From Patescibacteria group bacterium (GTDB lineage Bacteria > Patescibacteriota > Microgenomatia > Levybacterales > UBA12049), in NCBI GenBank assembly GCA_038063415.1, contig JBBTVD010000006.1, forward strand, positions 137,948-201,947: DNA of 64,000 bases, read 5' to 3'. The notes below the pieces were generated by a model, which worked only from the letters and a program-made list of their open reading frames with translations, did not search any database and was not told the DNA's origin. A program made the translations under genes and the position numbers. Positions 58,887 through 64,000 of this stretch are shown in pieces. Positions within the stretch are counted from its first letter, which is position 1, and the number at the start of each line of letters is the position of its first letter.

Positions 58887-58906
58887 AAGCAGTATACTAT
58901 CAGCAT

Positions 58907-59539
58907 ATGAAAATTACTAAATACCTGCATTCTTGCTTGCTTATTGAAACACAAAATACCAAAATACTTATCGACCCAGGCAATATCACCTATGAAGCAA
59001 AAGTCTTTGATAAGCAGTCGCTTTCGAAACTAGATTATCTACTCATTACCCATGAACATGCAGATCATTGTCATATCCCTTTTATTAAGGATCTCGTTGC
59101 AGCTTTTCCAACCGTGACTATTATGAGCAATCCTTCAGTCGTACAATTATTGGCAAAAGAAAATATTACGGTACAAACTGAAGGGAATAACTTTATAGAA
59201 TTGACCCCCGTACCACATGAACGTGTGTTTGATAACAAGGCTCCTTCGAATGTACAATTTGATATTTTCAACCTGCTTACTCACCCTGGAGACTCTATGA
59301 GTTTTACGAAGACAAAGAAAATATTGGCATTACCACTCCTCGGTCCTTCCTGGATGATCACCCAAGCAGCAGAGAAAGCGCTCGCACTTAAGCCTCAATT
59401 TGTTATACCTATTCACGATTGGCATTGGAAAGAACATGTAAGAAAAACATATTATGAGCGTCTTGATCAGTTTTTTTCTGCACATAACATAACCTTTACA
59501 TCTTTTGAGTCAGGGGAAAGCGTACTGATACAAGAGTGA
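58907..59539 (+). CDS. Metallo-beta-lactamase fold hydrolase
   Basis: HSCLLIE, IDPG, THEHADH, HPGDS, IPIHD. Confidence 0.88.
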   Translation: MKITKYLHSCLLIETQNTKILIDPGNITYEAKVFDKQSLSKLDYLLITHEHADHCHIPFIKDLVAAFPTVTIMSNPSVVQLLAKENITVQTEGNNFIELTPVPHERVFDNKAPSNVQFDIFNLLTHPGDSMSFTKTKKILALPLLGPSWMITQAAEKALALKPQFVIPIHDWHWKEHVRKTYYERLDQFFSAHNITFTSFESGESVLIQE

Positions 59540-59578
59540 TGCTTGACAGCTACTAGTCAAGTGATGTAAGGTAAAAAT

Positions 59579-59875
59579 ATGATCGATTCTGTCCAGTTGA
59601 TTCTACTTCTTGTTATCGTTATTTTAACGATTCTTCTTGTTATCCTCGGTGTCCAAGTCTTCTTTATATTACGTGACCTCCGTAAGACAATCAATAAAAC
59701 GAATAAAGTGCTTGATAACGCAAATTCTATTACTGAAAATATTGATGGCCCCCTTGAAGCAATTTCATCTCTCGCTGGTGGATTAAAAGGTGGGTCGTTT
59801 TTTACCGTTGTTAAACTTATCAAAAGTTTTATCGGTAAAGAAAAAGATGATGATGATCGTAGATACAGAGATTAA
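59579..59875 (+). CDS. DUF948-like membrane protein
   Basis: TM plus LRDLRKTINKTNKVLD coiled coil, upstream of the YtxH-like gene. Confidence 0.7.
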   Translation: MIDSVQLILLLVIVILTILLVILGVQVFFILRDLRKTINKTNKVLDNANSITENIDGPLEAISSLAGGLKGGSFFTVVKLIKSFIGKEKDDDDRRYRD

Positions 59876-59878
59876 GTT

Positions 59879-60238
59879 ATGGAAAATAAACAATCCTCAA
59901 ACAATCTAGGGAGTGGCTTTTTTCTAGGTCTTATCGTTGGCGTTATCGTGACGTTGCTTTTTACCACAAAAAAGGGGAGAAAAATATTGCATAATCTTAC
60001 AGAAAAAAGCATGGATAAGGTATCGACCATCGAAAATAGATTTCATGAAGTAAAAGAAAATGTCAAAGAGGATATTCAATCATTAAAAGCAGATCTGGAA
60101 GAAATTGAAGAGGATATTAGGGATACGATTGTCGATGAGCTTCCTGATAAGAAGATTGTTCACCATAAACCGCACGTTCATGAAGAAGAAGATGCTAAAA
60201 AATCTCCGGTGAAGAAATTCTTCAGTAAAAAGAACTAA
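59879..60238 (+). CDS. YtxH-like protein
   Basis: GFFLGLIVGVIVTLLFTTKKGRKI. Confidence 0.75.
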   Translation: MENKQSSNNLGSGFFLGLIVGVIVTLLFTTKKGRKILHNLTEKSMDKVSTIENRFHEVKENVKEDIQSLKADLEEIEEDIRDTIVDELPDKKIVHHKPHVHEEEDAKKSPVKKFFSKKN

Positions 60239-60301
60239 ACGCACCTACTCTACTACCTTTTGAGGATGAGGCAAGTGACTATCTGATTCACTCATACAGT
60301 A

Positions 60302-61270
60302 TTATAATCCAAATTTCTCAATATTCGCATTATGAGCCTCAAGCGTTGTCGTGTAATGGTTATAACCCTCGGAATCTGAAACATAATACATATAATCTGT
60401 TTCAGGTGCATGCATAACAGCCTTCAAAACATCCACGCCAGGGTTGGCAATTGGTGACGGAGGAAGGCCAATGTTGGTATAGGTATTATAAGGGGATACT
60501 ACTTTAAGGTCATTATAGGTTAAGCCTTTTTTCCACCATGTTTGTTTATTTGGCTCATAGCCAAGAGCATACTGAATAGTTGCATCTATATTAAGTACCG
60601 TTCCGGCGTCAATGCGATTAAAAATAACTGAGGCAACCAATGGACGATCTTCAGGATGCAATGCCTCTCGCTCTACCATAGAAGCAATAGTTACAATTTC
60701 ATCTTGAGAGAAATTGCTGCGTGAACCTGCAGGAATGCTCGCATATTTTTTATCAAAGTTTTCAGTCATTGTCGTAATGACTTGGTCAATCGTTACGTCT
60801 TGTGGGAAGGTATAGGTGTCAGGGAACAAATATCCTTCATGTTCTGCAAGCTGGGGAATCCAACTGTCATCGTAGGTAGAAAGATTCTGAGAAAGAATCG
60901 CGGCAACCTCTTCTGCACGCTTTCCTTCAGGTATTGTCACTTGTACATCAAATGTCCCAACCTGTAAAGCCTTTGCAATTTCTTCTGAAGACATGGCAGG
61001 GGAAAGGTAAAACTGACCTGCCTGAATGTTGTTATCAAGACCTAACTGTTTTACGAGGAGGAAAAAAAGGACTGGATCGCGTATTAACTTAGCTTCCTTT
61101 AATGCGTTAGCAATTTCTCGAATTCCGGCACCCTTTTCAACAGCAAATATTTCTTTTGTGGTAGCTTGCGGATCGACTGGAACGATGTTTGTTTGCCACC
61201 AGGCGATCCCTCCAAAAAGAGCAAGCAATAAAAAAACAACTAATAGAGAAAACCTTTTCATCTTATGCAA
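60302..61270 (-). CDS. mltG: Endolytic transglycosylase MltG
   Basis: VTIPEG, EGYLFPDTY, IASMVERE, ASVIFNR, SPYNTY, GLPPSPIANPG. Confidence 0.93.
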   Translation of the reverse strand: MHKMKRFSLLVVFLLLALFGGIAWWQTNIVPVDPQATTKEIFAVEKGAGIREIANALKEAKLIRDPVLFFLLVKQLGLDNNIQAGQFYLSPAMSSEEIAKALQVGTFDVQVTIPEGKRAEEVAAILSQNLSTYDDSWIPQLAEHEGYLFPDTYTFPQDVTIDQVITTMTENFDKKYASIPAGSRSNFSQDEIVTIASMVEREALHPEDRPLVASVIFNRIDAGTVLNIDATIQYALGYEPNKQTWWKKGLTYNDLKVVSPYNTYTNIGLPPSPIANPGVDVLKAVMHAPETDYMYYVSDSEGYNHYTTTLEAHNANIEKFGL

Positions 61271-62537
61271 CAGTAACTACTGGGAAATTTTCTAGCGTAT
61301 CTCTCCCTTCTTTTAAGTGATAAGCCGTTTCACTATATAAGGTAAGAATTGGTTCATTACCTCTGACTGACTCACCTATTTTTTTGTGTAAATAAATGCC
61401 GCTTTTCTTTTGCGTTGGTGCACCAAGCACTTTTGCGACCAACGATGCATTACGACTGTTAATCTTCTGAATTCCTCCCCGCTCATTTGCTTCCAGCGTA
61501 TAAAAATACTTTCCAGGAACAAGATCTTTACTTATTATAGCAGAATTTCCTCCTTGTGCCTGGATTATTTCTTTCATTTTTTTGAGAGCAGCACCGCTTT
61601 TGAGGAGGGCTTGTGCCCACTGCTTGCCTGTACCAAATTCGCCAAGAATACGTTTTTGCTCAGCAAAAGAGGTATCTTTTTGACAAAGATCAAGAAGATG
61701 TCCTGCCAGCATAATAGCGTGGTTTTCAAGGTCAACTGGACGGTCTGTTCGTTGCTCAAGGACACAGAGTGCATCTCTCGTCTCAAGAAGTGGCCCAAGG
61801 CCTCTTCCTGCTGGTTCTATTACTCGGTGAACAAGGACATCAATCTTTAGGCCAAACCGACGAGCAAGGAATTCAAATTTACGTTTGACCAATAGAGCAT
61901 CAGGTTCTGTATGCACTTTGACATATTTCCCGTAGGGAAGATCTATCACTACATGCGTTGCACCAAAGGCAACTTTTTTTGCCATAATAGAGACGAGAAT
62001 TTTATCAAAACTTTCAAGCAGTAGTGGTTGTTCAACTTTGATAAGCTCATCATCAGCAGGAGCAATATCAACTCCGCCTCCCCAGACAATACAAGCATGT
62101 ACTTTATTTACAATGTCATAAATCTGCTCTTTAGTAAAAGTAACCGGAGCAAGCACTTCCATATCATCACCTGTCCCTCCAGGAGTGGTAATTGCACGAG
62201 AAGAGCTCTTGGGAATAGTAAATCCTGCGGCAGCAATAATGGGAACAAGAATAAGTGTCGTTCGCGTGCCAGGAACTCCACCAACAGAATGTTTATCAGC
62301 AACAATACCAGGAAACTGTAAACGTTCACCGGTATCGATCATTGCTTTGGTCAAAAAATAGAGTTCTTCATTAGAAAAGCCTTGCGAGTAACCTGCTGCT
62401 GAAAAATAGGTTGTCAAGATATCCCCCAGACGATTGTGTGAGATGTCATCCATAATCGCAAATATTTCTTTGTAGGTTAAACGTTCACCCGTGATTTTCT
62501 TTTGTATTGCTTCAAGCGATTGCGGGATATCAGCCAT
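61263..62537 (-). CDS. AMP phosphorylase / archaeal-type thymidine phosphorylase (DeoA family)
   Basis: ADKHSVGGVPGTRTT, IPKSSSRAITTPGGT.DDMEVL, IVWGG, SIMAKK, VIDLPYG, II.AQGG. Confidence 0.88.
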   Translation of the reverse strand: MADIPQSLEAIQKKITGERLTYKEIFAIMDDISHNRLGDILTTYFSAAGYSQGFSNEELYFLTKAMIDTGERLQFPGIVADKHSVGGVPGTRTTLILVPIIAAAGFTIPKSSSRAITTPGGTGDDMEVLAPVTFTKEQIYDIVNKVHACIVWGGGVDIAPADDELIKVEQPLLLESFDKILVSIMAKKVAFGATHVVIDLPYGKYVKVHTEPDALLVKRKFEFLARRFGLKIDVLVHRVIEPAGRGLGPLLETRDALCVLEQRTDRPVDLENHAIMLAGHLLDLCQKDTSFAEQKRILGEFGTGKQWAQALLKSGAALKKMKEIIQAQGGNSAIISKDLVPGKYFYTLEANERGGIQKINSRNASLVAKVLGAPTQKKSGIYLHKKIGESVRGNEPILTLYSETAYHLKEGRDTLENFPVVTVA

Positions 62538-62538
62538 A

Positions 62539-62694
62539 TTAGATCTTACCTTTAAGTTGATCCATCGCGATTTTGACAGCTCCTTTTAAGAAACTGATAA
62601 TAGCGTAGATAATAAGATTGATAACTTTATAGACAGTCGGCCAAATCTTCTCCAAAATAAGTATTACTTTAGATTTTTGTCCGTTTTCTTCCAT
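62539..62694 (-). CDS. Small hypothetical protein (51 aa)
   Basis: Not in the ORF track. MEENGQKSKVILILEKIWPTVYKVINLIIYAIISFLKGAVKIAMDQLKGKI exactly fills the gap between the sortase and deoA-family genes. Confidence 0.65.
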   Translation of the reverse strand: MEENGQKSKVILILEKIWPTVYKVINLIIYAIISFLKGAVKIAMDQLKGKI

Positions 62695-62696
62695 AG

Positions 62697-63428
62697 TTAT
62701 ATATTCTCAAGTTTTGCTTTAACAATCAAGCGCTTCCAGACAGTTCCGGGAGGAGTACAGGTGACAATCGTAAGATAACTACCTTCTTGAGGCTGGGCTA
62801 AAAAGGATGTCTCTTTAGAGTCAACAATCGTAATTTCTTGAATACGATAGGTATAGTCATTATTGTTAACCGTAACTTGCAGTGTGTCTCCGACAATCAA
62901 TGTATGTGCTTTGGCAAAAATAGTTTTATAATCCCTTGGATTAAAGAGCTGCGGGAGTGTCGAATGGCCAAAAATAGCAGTGTTACCCGTACTTGGAGGA
63001 GTAGCTGTCCCTCCATATTGTACGAGATGCTTGCCAATATCAGTATCTATTGTTGAGACAACAGCGTCATGGATTTCAAGTTTAGGAATTGAAAGATAAT
63101 AGTATGATACGTCTGTGGTAATTTCTGTTGCTTCATACGTCTCTGGAAGCCAATTTTGTACATTAGAATAGTCAATGCTACTGAGTGAATCCTGAACGTT
63201 TTGCACAAGACTTGAAAGATCAACTTGCGTCACAATTGTTTGTTTAGGAATAGGAGCAGCAAATGACTGCTCAGCAAAAGCTGGCTTCAAGTAAATTTGC
63301 CAGGAAATAAGAGGAAAAAGCATATAAAGACCCAGAAGAACCCCTGCAAGAGAAAGTACCATCCCACTAAAACGCATGATTTTTCGCACGTTTCTTTTTC
63401 GCCCTTTCGTATAAATAAATGTCTTCAT
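62697..63428 (-). CDS. Sortase
   Basis: N-terminal TM, LSIPKL, GNTAIFGHS (His), LTIVTCTPPG...KRLIV (Cys, Arg). Confidence 0.92.
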   Translation of the reverse strand: MKTFIYTKGRKRNVRKIMRFSGMVLSLAGVLLGLYMLFPLISWQIYLKPAFAEQSFAAPIPKQTIVTQVDLSSLVQNVQDSLSSIDYSNVQNWLPETYEATEITTDVSYYYLSIPKLEIHDAVVSTIDTDIGKHLVQYGGTATPPSTGNTAIFGHSTLPQLFNPRDYKTIFAKAHTLIVGDTLQVTVNNNDYTYRIQEITIVDSKETSFLAQPQEGSYLTIVTCTPPGTVWKRLIVKAKLENI

Positions 63429-63434
63429 AGCAGC

Positions 63435-64000
63435 TTACTCAGATTTCATTTGCACATCAATCATATTGGGTAGTCTGGGGAAAAAATTGGAGATGAAGGG
63501 AATCGCAGGCGAGAAACTTATGTCACTTTTTGCGATCTGTGGTAATGACTGGAGCGTTTCTTTTGCACCACTCACTGATTGATTTTTTATGCTTCGAATA
63601 AGGTCTGCTTCCTCTATCTCTGGCAAAAGTCCAGCCTCTATCGATACGGTTGCCGTAATATCCTCAATATCTTTTGCTGAGACATCGCTAATCGTTGCCT
63701 TAACACTATTATCTGCCAGATTCACCTCTTGTTCTGAAGCAGTTTCTTTCACAACTGTTTTGGCATAGTCGAGTAAATCGTCATTGCTATATACTGCTCC
63801 CGCGAAATTGACGATACCGGTAATCTTTACTTGTTTGGCTTCTTCGTCAATTTTATTATCAAAAGATTCTTTTGCGAGTCCTGCAGGGATAACAGCAGAA
63901 AGTAATGCTTGGTCACTTGAGACTTGTTGTTCAAGCTGTTGTTGGGCTTTTGCCTGCAAACTCTTTGGCAAATCTGCTCGCAACTTTGCAATGTCATCTT
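63435..64000 (-). CDS. C-terminal part of a large protein (possibly CPR baseplate J/gp47-like)
   Basis: Open frame continues past the window end; C-terminus ISFSP.IP...FPRLP..I resembles CPR proteins of this type (weak recognition). Confidence 0.5.
   Translation of the reverse strand, partial: DDIAKLRADLPKSLQAKAQQQLEQQVSSDQALLSAVIPAGLAKESFDNKIDEEAKQVKITGIVNFAGAVYSNDDLLDYAKTVVKETASEQEVNLADNSVKATISDVSAKDIEDITATVSIEAGLLPEIEEADLIRSIKNQSVSGAKETLQSLPQIAKSDISFSPAIPFISNFFPRLPNMIDVQMKSE

Noticed and set aside
63435-64000. Prophage suggested by a baseplate-J-like fragment
   Set aside because: No other phage genes nearby, the assignment is weak, and the context is housekeeping.

Overview
A gene-dense bacterial chromosomal segment with hallmarks of Patescibacteria (CPR), most like Microgenomates: CPR-type pilin, short IF2 and TsaB, AMP-phosphorylase-family DeoA, sortase, cohesin and degenerate DHH proteins. 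RF2 is present and TGA acts as stop, so the code is standard code 11. From left to right it holds a glycosylation/nucleotide-sugar cluster (3.4-13.6 kb), t6A genes interrupted by a GIY-YIG nuclease, ftsEX with a coiled-coil/C39 peptidase, an unexpectedly near-complete folate operon (folP-folB-folE-pabC-pabB-folK-CofE-like ligase), prfB, ldh, pnp, rpsO, infB, nusA, an orphan TIR gene, add, recX, recA, tRNA-Pro(GGG), GH26, mltG and sortase. The strongest candidate for an undescribed system is a 13-kb co-oriented cluster at 37090-50255. It encodes a pilin, a 1425-aa VirB6/TrbL-like membrane protein, a 1329-aa Clp/Hsp100 ATPase, an S8 protease, a small membrane protein and a membrane-anchored Clp ATPase with a degenerate first AAA ring. 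The VirB6-like protein and the large Clp ATPase share the same ~90-aa helical repeat (7 and 4 copies), which suggests an Hsp100-powered membrane machine. The second highlight is two families of short palindromic elements. One family is linked to the GIY-YIG gene and has a 96-bp copy in frame inside pabB; copies of both families supply the stop codons of host genes. All family assignments come from motif recognition by eye; no database searches were run.
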